In this document: positions 20,295 through 30,200 of the stretch, piece by piece
Position numbering within the stretch: the first letter of the stretch is position 1
Layout of the letters: every line of letters begins with the position of its first letter
Source: Pelagomonas calceolata
Lineage: Eukaryota
Assembly: GCA_918797485.1 (NCBI GenBank)
Contig: CAKKNE010000001.1
Location: forward strand, 3,348,001-3,412,000
Length of the DNA: 64,000 bases
Direction: 5' to 3'
Position numbers and translations under genes: made by a program
The notes under the pieces: model-generated
Seen by the model: the letters and a program-made list of their open reading frames with translations, nothing else
Database searches by the model: none
Told to the model about the DNA's origin: nothing

Positions 20295-20825
20295 CTATCG
20301 GTCGTTATTCGTCCGCTCGTCCGGAGACGACACAAACCGCAAAAGAGCCGTCGGGTAGCCGCCCACGAAGCCCGCCGGCCCCAGGGCCCCTTGTAAATCG
20401 TCGGCCGTCCAGTCCTCGCCGAGGCCCATGACGCTCCCGCAGGCCGCGTACAGTTCGTGGGGCTTCCCCTTTTCAAACGCAACCGACTTGGAACTGACGC
20501 CGTTCTCGAAGCGCACGTCGGCGACCTCGACCTTTATATTATCGTGGGGCGGCGGCAGCGTGCACTTCGCGCGCTGTTTTTCGCAGCTTATCCACGTCGC
20601 TTCTTCGGTCGCCTCGACTTTGGTCTTGCGCCACTTCTCGGCGCCGCGCTTCTTGCGCTTCTCGCGCCGCTTGATCTCGAGATCAGTACCATTCCTACGT
20701 TTCACTCCAACGTCGTCTCCCAGGCCGAGCGCGTAGAGGTCCGTGCGCCGCTCGACCTTGCTGAAGTCGACATCCCTCAAACTTTCCGGTAATGTAGGGA
20801 GCCAGAGCCGCAGCTCCCAGCTCAT
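20295..20825 (-). CDS. Hypothetical protein, possibly CYTH/triphosphate-tunnel-like
   Basis: MSWELRLW, ERRTDLY, GVKRR..DLEIKRR, EKWRK pattern; the upstream ORF extension looks non-coding. Confidence 0.5.
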   Translation of the reverse strand: MSWELRLWLPTLPESLRDVDFSKVERRTDLYALGLGDDVGVKRRNGTDLEIKRREKRKKRGAEKWRKTKVEATEEATWISCEKQRAKCTLPPPHDNIKVEVADVRFENGVSSKSVAFEKGKPHELYAACGSVMGLGEDWTADDLQGALGPAGFVGGYPTALLRFVSSPDERTNNDR

Positions 20826-21340
20826 GGTCCTCGCGCGCGTCGCGGCGGCGAACGGCCACTGGTGGCTGCCAAGTAGTGCTCGGGGCAGCAGCCCTAGCGG
20901 TGAGTGCTTGCGAACCGTGCGTGGGGTCGGCGTCGGCGCGATGGCGTGCGCTACCGATGCATCATCGTGGCGCGGCGTCGCGCGCGTGGGGCTGCCTTTA
21001 ATTTCACTGCAGCATGCTCTTGCCCAGACGCCGCGGTTCGAAATTCGCAAGCCCCGACAACAGTCCGTGCGCGAGCCGTCGCGGCGTCGGACCGATAGCT
21101 GCCGCAACCCGACTAGCGTGCTAGCCTGCTAGCCTGCGGCAGCCGACACCAAAACGCCTCATCCCATCGGCCTATACTTTGCGCACAGCCTTGAGCAACC
21201 GGCACCACTCTGAGACAGTCGCGTTGACAACGGTTCACAGCTGACGCTGCAAACGATCCGTGCTCAGCGAGAGCACATCCTCCCTAATTGCTCCTCGCCG
21301 CAGACGCCCGCGGCACGTCGCCACGACGGCTGACACGAGC

Positions 21341-22492
21341 ATGGCGGCGCGCATCCGCACGGCCGGCAGCGGCGAGGTCCAACCCATCGCGGGGTCCGCA
21401 GCCCGTGTTGAAATTTTCGCGCGCCGCCGCGGACGTTCCGCCGCCTTTTCCTTTCGATGAGACACTGACGCACACAGGCGCGGCAAGGACGTCGAGGCCC
21501 AGGCGCCCGCCCAAGCCCCTCCATCTTTATTTGGTATAGAGTTGCGGTACCTCGTCTGCGGCATGCTCGTCTTGCAAAACACGGGCGCGGTTTTACTGAT
21601 GAGGTATACGCGGTCCATGCCCGGCGAGACGGAGTACATGACGCAGACGGCCGTGATCATGCAGGAGGTGATCAAGGGGCTGACCTGCATTTTATTGCTG
21701 CTGAAGGGCGAGGGGACGCTATCGTCGGCCTGGGCCAAACCGGGGGAAGCCCTCAAGACCTCGGTGCCGGCTTTGCTGTATTTGGTCCAGAACAACCTGC
21801 AGTACGTCGCTGTTGGTTATCTAGACGCTGCGACGTACACGGTGTCCTACCAGAGCAAGATCATTTGGAGCGGGATGCTCTCCGTACTCCTCCTAGGAAG
21901 GCGATTGGGACCGCACAAGTGGCTCGGCATTACGTTATTAGCGGGCGGCGTCGCGGCCGTGCAAATCGCCGGCAGCAAACAAGCGGCACAATCGGGAGAA
22001 GAAGACACAGCGGGAAAAGCAGTAGGGTTGGTAGCCATCATCCTCGCCGCCATGGTCTCCGCATTGGCAGGTGTCTACTTCGAGAAGATCCTCAAGGGCG
22101 CAAAAGTGGGATTGTGGACGCGCAATTTGCAGTTAGCCTTCTACAGCGTTCTAGTAGGGTACGGCAAGCTCGCGTCGTCGCCGCAGGGCGAGGCGTTGAG
22201 GGCGGGACGCACAAGTTTCTTCTACGGCTACACGCGCATGACCTGGTGCTGCGTGGCCATGAACGCCTTCGGCGGCTTACTGGTCGGCACGGTAATCAAG
22301 TACGCCGACGCGGTCATGAAGGACGTCGCGCTGGGCTCGTCGATCGTCTGCAGCTCTCTCGCGTCGACGGTGCTCTTCGACTTCGAGCTGAACGCGGCCT
22401 TCGCGGCGGGCATCGCGGCCGTGATCTACTCCGTCTTCCTCTACGGCCAGCGGGCGCACTGCTGCGGGGCGCTGACGCCGCCGGAGAATTGA
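21341..22492 (+). CDS. Nucleotide-sugar transporter SLC35A (UDP-Gal/CMP-Sia type); 2 exons, 21341-21393 and 21478-22492
   Basis: VPALLYLVQNNLQY, YQSKI, SALAGVYFEKILK, LWTRNLQL, GGLLVGTVIKYAD; a phase-2 GT-AG intron joins ATG 21341 to the main frame. Confidence 0.92.
21394..21477 (+). mobile_element. 84-bp intron, degenerate introner-like
   Basis: GTCCGCAGC + CCGTGTTGAAAT ... CTGACGCACACAG; contains an in-frame TGA so it must be spliced; ends resemble the introner TIR. Confidence 0.55.
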
Positions 22493-22838
22493 AGTAAGGG
22501 TCTTAGTATATCGTTTGGTGGTCTACGGCTTTGCTTAGAGCCTAGCCCCGAGCCACCGCGTCGACGGCGTGAGGGTGGGTGCTCGGGGCGCGCGTCTCCG
22601 CTTGTTTGCTGTCCGTAGCGTGCCGGTTCTTGGGGCCTAGTTGGGCGCGCGCCATCTCACACACGTTGCTCATTCGTGAGGCGCGTGCCTACTCCTCACG
22701 AGTCGACTCCCCGACGCCGGCGCCGCGAGACGGCGAGGAGAACTCGTACATTAACGGTTTTAGTTCCGGATGTGGCGCCATACGCACGGGGAGGATAAGG
22801 TATGATGATGTCTGGTTCCATTTGTCCAACACAACAAT

Positions 22839-23654
22839 TCAGCGCCGTGACCCCGAAGCCGGCGGCGCGCCCGGTGAGAAGCCGCCGAGGTCCAGGCTCT
22901 CGCCGAAGCCCCGGTGGCCCGTGGGGAAGCGCGGCTCCGCCGACCGCGCCGGCGGTCGCAAAGGCGGCGACCGCGGCCCCCGCGGTGCGATGGCGATCGG
23001 CGGCGAGGCGCGCGTTTGTGGTGCGGGCTGGCCGATGGCGATGGGCGGCGACGGCTGTGATGCTGGCTCCGGCGCGACCCACTGCTCGTCCTCCCTTACC
23101 ACTTCCTCCTCGCCGAGCTCGGCGAAGGACCGCGCGTTCCGCCGCACGGACGGCCGCGGTTGCGGCGGCGGCGTCGGGCCCGGCGACGCCGTGACGACGC
23201 CCGGCGACGCGCCCCGCGGTGGCGGCGGCGGGGGCATGGGCCGCGACCCGAACGCGGCGACGATCGCCGGCGGAGTCGCGCCCGCCGTCGTGTCCGCCCG
23301 CTGCTCAACCTCACCATGCTCCTCCTCCTCGTCGACGTCGATGCCAAACGACGGCGCGCGCGCGGGCCGCCGCTTCGAATTCTCGTCCTCGGACGCCGAG
23401 CCGCCTTCCCCGAACGCCGGCAGCGCCATCGTCCCGAGCGAGTCGACGCGCACGATGGACGAGAAGTTGAGCTCGCTGTAGGAGTTGACGCGCTTCGGCC
23501 GCGGCGGCCGCGAGCCGCCCGGCGACGTCTCGCCCAGACTCCGCTTCGCCGTCTTGCGCGCGGTCGGGCTCGTCGGGCTCTCGGCGGGCTTGGCCGGCGA
23601 CGCCGGCGGGCTGCGCAGGGCCCGCGGCGACCGCGGCTCCTGGAAGTGGGCCAT
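22839..23654 (-). CDS. Pro/Ser-rich low-complexity hypothetical protein
   Basis: MAHFQEPRSP... preceded by ACAACAACA start context; KRVNSYSELNFSSIVRVDSLG; 3' end uncertain. Confidence 0.5.
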   Translation of the reverse strand: MAHFQEPRSPRALRSPPASPAKPAESPTSPTARKTAKRSLGETSPGGSRPPRPKRVNSYSELNFSSIVRVDSLGTMALPAFGEGGSASEDENSKRRPARAPSFGIDVDEEEEHGEVEQRADTTAGATPPAIVAAFGSRPMPPPPPPRGASPGVVTASPGPTPPPQPRPSVRRNARSFAELGEEEVVREDEQWVAPEPASQPSPPIAIGQPAPQTRASPPIAIAPRGPRSPPLRPPARSAEPRFPTGHRGFGESLDLGGFSPGAPPASGSRR

Positions 23655-24474
23655 TGTTGTTGTTGGAGTGGGATCACCTGTTAGTCTCCTGGCCGACGCT
23701 CTGCGTCGCGCCGTCCGCACCTATATGTGCAAGCGCGGCAGCCCCAAAGCGCTGCGAGAGCGCTCTGGGGGCTTTCCCTAACTATGTACAAGCACGCCGC
23801 GCCGCGACGAGGCCGCCGGCGCCGCGCAACCGGGTGCACTCGACTAGATTTGGGCGACCCTCAACCGGCGCCGAACGCGGCGCCGTTGCACGGAAGCGTC
23901 CCAGGCGTCGCAGGGGGCTGTGGGCAGTGCTGCGGAACGCGGCAGCGCTGCAAATCGACGGCTGCGCGTGCCGGAGGCGAGGCCGGCGATCAATGTCCTC
24001 AGAGCTCAGAGCCTCGAAGCGGCAACACGTTGGCAAGAACGTGCGAAAATGACGGACGCCTCCGAAAACACGCCGCAGTGGACGGCTGGGGGGCTCCCGC
24101 GGACCGTCCCGAGCTCTCTTTCGCCGGGGGCAGCCCGCCGCGCGGGAAGACCCCACCACGCCAGCCGTCCCGCCCGGGCGCCCGCTAGGAGCTCCTGGCA
24201 CGGCGGGGTCCGTCAGACCACGGGTCGGGCGTGGCTCGCGGCGCGCGCGGGCGGGGCCCCGTTACCCCGGTACAGCAGCCTCCGCAGCGCCCCAATACAA
24301 CAGCTTCGCAGCGCCCACCGACGCGCCGCCGGGACCCCAGCGCGCGAGCGATCAGCTCCCGCATCGTGCTGGAGGCGGGCAGCCCACGAAAAACGCGATC
24401 GCACGCGGCGGAGGCAGCCTCCGCCAGCGACCCCACCAACGCCGCCGAGGCAGCCACGCCCCCACCCAGCGACC

Positions 24475-26268
24475 ATGGCCGTCACCCCGACGTCCCCGGA
24501 CGTTCTTCGTGATCGCCTCAAGGAACAAGACGGGCGACCCCTGACCATCGAGGAGAAGCGCCACCACGTCAAGAGCGACGTCGCCGACCGCTGCTCCATG
24601 GAGGGCGGCGCCTGGGGCGTCGCGAACCTTAGCAACCGCAACATGACGACGAACAAGGACGGCAAGCACTTCGGCTTCCCGCGGAACGTCGAGGCGGCCG
24701 TCTTCTCCCTGTGTATCGTGGCGGCTTGTACGGTCTCCATGCTCCACCTCCACCACGTCATCCTGAAGCGGGACACGAAGAGCGCGCGGTGCGCGACGTG
24801 CCACGACTGGGCCGACTCCATCTTCGCCTCGACGGGCGTCGCGGCGGCGTGCTACCTCGTCTTCACTTTGACAATAGCCCATCTCCTCGTCAGCCCGCAC
24901 AAGTCGCGCTGGGGCTTTCCCATGAAGGGCAGTGGCTTCGTCCACAATTCGTGTAATGCCTACCGCAGCGCGCCGCACGAGTTCTTCCAGTTCCTCGTAT
25001 CCCTGCTGGGGGTGGTCACTTTTATCTGGGGCCTGGAAATGATCGCGTTCGTCGACGCGCCTGGCGACGACCTGCACATGCACTACATCATCGGGGGCCA
25101 CAAGCACGCGACGCGCGCAAATCCTTATTCGGAAGATAATCCCCTGGGCGTGCCCGGCGATAAGAAGCTCCGAGCCTTCCACACGATGGAGCTGTTGACA
25201 CTCTGGTCGGTCGCGTTCAACGGCATGCTCGGGACATTGGTGAGGCTGGCCATGCCGACGACGATGTACGTGCGGCCGTTGTGGGTGGGGGTGGATTGTG
25301 TGGAGGTCGGGACTTGTGCTGCTATTAGTTTGGCTCGAATTCTGGAGGCTCGGGGGTATGCCGGCTGGAAAATAGGAGGCTACTCCATCTACATCCTGGG
25401 GGGGCTCTTCCGCTTCGTGAGACTTTTAAGGTTTGAGCGCTTCTGCGTCATGCGCTACGGCGAGAACGGCGCGCCGGGTTTCCTGAAACAATACATCAAC
25501 GGGCCGCTCGTCCGGTTCTACATGCTCATCCTGAAGGTCGGGTCGACGATCTGCGCGGCCGCGGCGATCGTGTGCATGGCCGAGTATCCTTGCGTGGAGC
25601 GCTCGGAGAAGCTGGAAGATGACCTGCAGCTCGCGGACTGCAACGCGCGGTTCCGCCACTACCAGGACTGCGTCTACTTTCTGATCGTGACGTTCAGCAC
25701 GGTGGGTTATGGGGATATGTACCCGGCGACGCGCCTCGGGAAGGGCGTCGTCGTCTTCGTTTTACTTTTTGTGCTCTGCTTCCTGCCGTCGCTGCTCTCG
25801 GACATCGCGGAGCTGAGCGACGGCGACGACACGAGCGCCGAAGAGCAGCAGATCAACGCCGTGGCCGCGCTCCACGAGGCCGTGCTGGATTTGCACGAGG
25901 ACGTCGAGCATCTGGCCGCGGGCTTCGAGGCGCTCGGCGCCCTCGCGGGCCGCGGCGAGGCGAAGCAGGTCGCGTCTCATCTGGGCGCGGTCCAGGAGCG
26001 CCAGGACCACGACGCGAAGATGCGCCACGAGGTCCTCATGGCGGCGCTGCGCAAGGTCGAGCGCCGCCTCGCGGACGGCGGCGACGGCGGCCGGCGGCGG
26101 CCCGACGTCGTCGAGGAGGACGGCGACGTGCCGCCGCCGCCGCGCGAGGCGTCGCCGGCGCGGCTCGCCCACGGCTCCAAGCTGCGGCGCGGCAAGCGGC
26201 GGCGCCTCCCGGCCGTCCGGAGCCCGGGCTACTACGTCAAGCTGCCCGCGGCGTCGGCGGGCGTCTAG
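24475..26268 (+). CDS. Potassium channel subunit (multi-TM, voltage-gated/BK-like pore)
   Basis: YFLIVTFSTVGYGDMYP selectivity filter; S4-like FRFVRLLRFER; C-terminal coiled coil. Confidence 0.85.
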   Translation: MAVTPTSPDVLRDRLKEQDGRPLTIEEKRHHVKSDVADRCSMEGGAWGVANLSNRNMTTNKDGKHFGFPRNVEAAVFSLCIVAACTVSMLHLHHVILKRDTKSARCATCHDWADSIFASTGVAAACYLVFTLTIAHLLVSPHKSRWGFPMKGSGFVHNSCNAYRSAPHEFFQFLVSLLGVVTFIWGLEMIAFVDAPGDDLHMHYIIGGHKHATRANPYSEDNPLGVPGDKKLRAFHTMELLTLWSVAFNGMLGTLVRLAMPTTMYVRPLWVGVDCVEVGTCAAISLARILEARGYAGWKIGGYSIYILGGLFRFVRLLRFERFCVMRYGENGAPGFLKQYINGPLVRFYMLILKVGSTICAAAAIVCMAEYPCVERSEKLEDDLQLADCNARFRHYQDCVYFLIVTFSTVGYGDMYPATRLGKGVVVFVLLFVLCFLPSLLSDIAELSDGDDTSAEEQQINAVAALHEAVLDLHEDVEHLAAGFEALGALAGRGEAKQVASHLGAVQERQDHDAKMRHEVLMAALRKVERRLADGGDGGRRRPDVVEEDGDVPPPPREASPARLAHGSKLRRGKRRRLPAVRSPGYYVKLPAASAGV

Positions 26269-26311
26269 AGAGCCATCCCCCCTGTTTACGACACTTTTGA
26301 ACACACTAGAA

Positions 26312-26939
26312 CTAATCACGGGGCCACAGCAGCACGATCGCCACGCCGACGAGCGCGACCGCGCTGCCGATGACGTCTCCCCGGTCGAGGGCCATGCCGT
26401 CGACGACCCGGGCCCAGGCGAAGCTCATGCCGATGAAAATACCACCTGCGCGGCCGTCGACCAGTAAGACTACGAACGTACCCACGAGAGACGGGGGACT
26501 CTGCGTCGGCGCCGTAGGCCGCGTAGAGTCGCCCGAAGTCGTCGATGGGCTGGAGGCAGGGGATGAAGCCGTAGGCCGCCAGCACCAGCGCGCCGCACGC
26601 CGCCCACCAGCGCGGCGCGCCCTCGCGCACGGCCTTCCAGACGAGCCAGCCGCCGCCGATCTCCGCGAGGCCGGCCGCGAGGAATAGCCCGGAGATCGTT
26701 CCCACGGAGCGTAGGGCGCGCAGCAGCGCCGGGAGCCGGCCGCCGCCGCCCGGACTGCTGGCGCCGCCGGCGCTCACCGCGAGACATGGCCGGCGCCGGG
26801 TCGCGCTCGGGGAGAACGCGGGCGGCGGCGTCGGGGTCTTGGTAGCGATGCGACGGGTGAGGGCCGGCTGGAACGCTGTCGTCGGTACAACGCAGTATGT
26901 GAGAGCAATCGCTTTCAGCATCATGGCGCGCTGCAGCAT
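26312..26939 (-). CDS. ynfA: YnfA/UPF0060 small membrane transporter with plastid-type presequence; 2 exons
   Basis: LFLAAGLAEIGGGWLVW...FGRLYAAYG|GIFIGMSFAWARVVDG...DRGDVIG; removing intron 26446-26512 restores YGGIFI; signal peptide ending ...TTA-FQP; start could be 26924. Confidence 0.85.
26446..26512 (-). other. 67-bp GC-AG intron in the ynfA-like gene
   Basis: GCGCCGACG CAGAGT...GGCCGCGCAG; required to correct the frame shift between the conserved YAAYG and GIFI. Confidence 0.7.
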
Positions 26940-27205
26940 CGGTGCGTGTTGCTCTATCTGAGAGCGCGTGTCTTGGAAGAGCACCCCTACAGATGACAGG
27001 CGCAGCGATTGCAATGCTGCCCGAGGATGTAGCTTATTTGATCCTGCGCACGGATGCTCTTGCGCGCAAATGATTTAAACGTTCACCCGGGCACGCGCGG
27101 TGCAGGCAGCTGCGCTAGGCTGCCTAGCGCCTGTAGCCGCTAGCCTGCGGGCGTACCTCTGCGCCCGGATTGCACTATCGTGATATAGTTCTTATCATCC
27201 ACCCT

Positions 27206-30200
27206 TCACAAACAAGGCTCCAGGCCGGGCGCCGCCGGTGCTGGCGCTTCCGCGGCCGCCGCGGGCGCCGGCGCGGGCACCGTCTGCACCTTGCACGCGA
27301 CGAGAAGGGCGACCATGTCCGAATGCCCCTGATCTTCCGCGAGCGCCATCGGTGTCTTGCCACTTTTGTCCTTGCGGTCGACATCAGCACCATTTGCCAA
27401 CAAAAGCCGGGCCACTTCGATGTGAGAATCACGACACTGGAAATAATCACAGACGCCGTGTAGCGGCGTTCGTTTTCTGTTGGTGGCCTTGTGCACGTCG
27501 GCGCCTTTCTCTAGCAACAGCCGCGCCGCGTCGACGTGGCCTCTCTGGCAGGCGACGTACAATGGCGTCGTACCCTTCTTCGTCGCCAGGTCGACCTCCG
27601 CATCGCACTTCAACAAAAGCCGCGCCGCGTCGACGTGGCCGTTCGAGCAGGCAATGTACAGCGGCGTCATACCGCTCTCCGGCGCCCGGTCGACCTCCGC
27701 ACCATTGTCCAGCAACAGCTGCACCGCGTCGACGTGGCCCTTCTGGCAGGCGACGTACAGCGGCGTCGTACCGTCCTCCCTGGCCCGGTCGACCTCCGCG
27801 CCGTTGTCCAGCAATAGCCGCGCAGCGTCGACGTGGCCCCTGCAGGCGACGTACAGCGGCGTCCGACCGTCCTCATCCGCCCGATCGACCTCCGCGCCTT
27901 TGTCCAGCAACAGCCGCGCCGCGTCCACGCTGCCATTTTTGCACGCGTCATACAGAATCGTTTTACCATATTCGTTCGCCCAATTCACATCTGCGCCATG
28001 CTCGAGACATAACTGCATTGCGTCGAGATTCCGTTGCCGGCAAGCAAACAGAAGCGGCGGCGTTCCGCCACTGCACGTGTTGACTGCGGCGGTATCAGCA
28101 CCTCGCTCCACCAATAGCGTCGCCACGTCGACGTGCCCGAGGGCACACGCAATCCCAAACGGCGAAAAATCACCCTCGCGCCGCTTATCAACCGCGGCTC
28201 CCGCATCGAGCAGCAAGCGCGCAGCGTCGACGTGCCCTTTTGAACTCGCGACGAACAGGGGCGTATAACCGTCATCATCTCGCTGGTCGACGCCAGCGCC
28301 CCGCTGAAGAAAAGCTGATATTGCGGCGACGTCACCCTTGTAGCAGGCGAGCGTCAGTGGCGTCGTGCCGCTCTCAACGCGCAGCTCCCCCCACCGCTTC
28401 CCCGAAGCCACGAAGAGCCTGCTCGTGTCGCGCCCGACGGTCAAGGTCTTAACCGCATCATCAAAAGAAACCACTCGCAGCGCCGCACCGCCCTTGTTTG
28501 CGTCCCACACCCGCAAAGTCTTGTCGTACGACCCGCTCGCGAGCCGCGTCTCGCCCGTCGCCGGGTCCGCAAAGGCCGTCAGCACGTAGACATAACCCGT
28601 GTGTCCCTCGAGCACAAACAGCGTCGCGCCGCCCGCAACCAAGTCCCAGATGCGCACGGACTTGTCGTCCGACCCGCTCGCGAGGCGAAGTCCGCCCGTC
28701 GCCGGGTCCGTGAATACGACCAGCGAGCTACCGCCCCCTTCGAGCACGACCAAAGCCTCGCCGCCCGCGACCGGGTCAAAGATGCGCACCTTCCCATCTT
28801 GACAACCACAAGCTATTCGCAATTCACCTGTCGCCGGGTCCGCGAAGACCGCCAGCGCCCACACCTTCGAGCCCACGTCGATCACGACCAGCGCTTCACC
28901 ACCAGCGACCGGGTCAAAGACACGCACCTCTCCAGAAGGCCCTGAGTCTGAGTCTGAGTCTGAGTCTGAGTCTGCAATATTCACTCCACAAGCAAGCCGC
29001 TGCGCGCCCGTCGCCGGGTCCGTGAAGACTTCCAGCGCGCCAGCGCGCACGTGGAGCTCGAGCAGCGCCTCGCCGCCCGCGACCGCGTCGAAGACACGCA
29101 CACCTTCGTCACAACCACAAGCGAGCCGCGGCGCGCCCGTCGCCGGGTCCACAAAAAAAGCCAGCGCATTCACCCTCTTGCCGACGCCAATCACGAGCAG
29201 CGCACCGCCAGTCACCGCGTCCCACACGCGAACCGTCTTATCCAACGACCCGGTCGCGACCCGAAGCGCGCCCGTCGCCGGATCCACAAAGGTTAGCAAA
29301 GCATGCACACCACCAGAGTGTCCCTCGGGCTTATCCTTGATCGCCGCGCTGCCCGCCGCCGGGTTCCAGACTCGGACGTCATTGTTATATCCCATCGATC
29401 CGCTCACGAGCCGCGACTCGCCCGTCGCCGGGTCTGTGAAGGCTGTCAAAGCAGTCACTAGCCCAGTGTGCCCCTCGAGCACGACCAGCGCCTCGCCGCC
29501 CGCGAACGGGTCGAAGACGCGCACCTTCTTGTCCCGCGACCCGCTCGCGAGCCGCGACGCGCCCGTCGCCAAATCTTTAAATACGACCAGTCCCTTCACC
29601 GGGGAGCCCACGCGGAGCATGAGCAGCGCGTTGCCGCCAGAAACTGCATCGAAGATGCGCACCTTCCCATCGTCAGAGCTACACGCGAGCCTCGGCGTGC
29701 TCGTCGCTGGTTCCTTGAAGACCGCCAGTGCATTCACATAAGAACCAATATCTAGCACAAGCAACGCGTCACCGCCCACGACCGGGTCGAAGACAAGCAC
29801 CTTCTTTTCCGACGCGCACGCGAGTCGTGGCGCGCCCGTTGCCGGGTCTTTGAAGGCAGCCAAGGCGTCCACTTCATCGTCCATTTTAAGCACAACCAGC
29901 GCCTCGCCGCCCGCGACCGGGTCGAAGACGCGCACGTCGTAAATCCATGAGTCTGTCGCGGAGTCGTTCTTGCTTGTACCGCACGCGAGTCGTGGCGCAC
30001 CCGTCGCCGGATCCGTGAAGACCGCCAGTGAATACACGTTCGAGCCCACGTCGATCACAAGCAGCGCCTCGCCACCCGCGACCGGATCATAGATGCGCAC
30101 CTTCTTATCTTGACATCCACAAGCCAAACGCGGCTCGCCCGTCGCCGGATCTTTGAAGACCGCCAGCGCCTCCACATGAGAGTCCACATCAATCACGACC

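Noticed and set aside
23920..24474. N-terminal ORF extensions upstream of the first plausible ATG (K channel, and similarly 1400, 7887, 41394, 53324, 56025, 59328)
   Set aside because: They begin at GTG/TTG codons, have low-complexity translations and overlap promoter motifs; eukaryotic ATG starts were chosen instead
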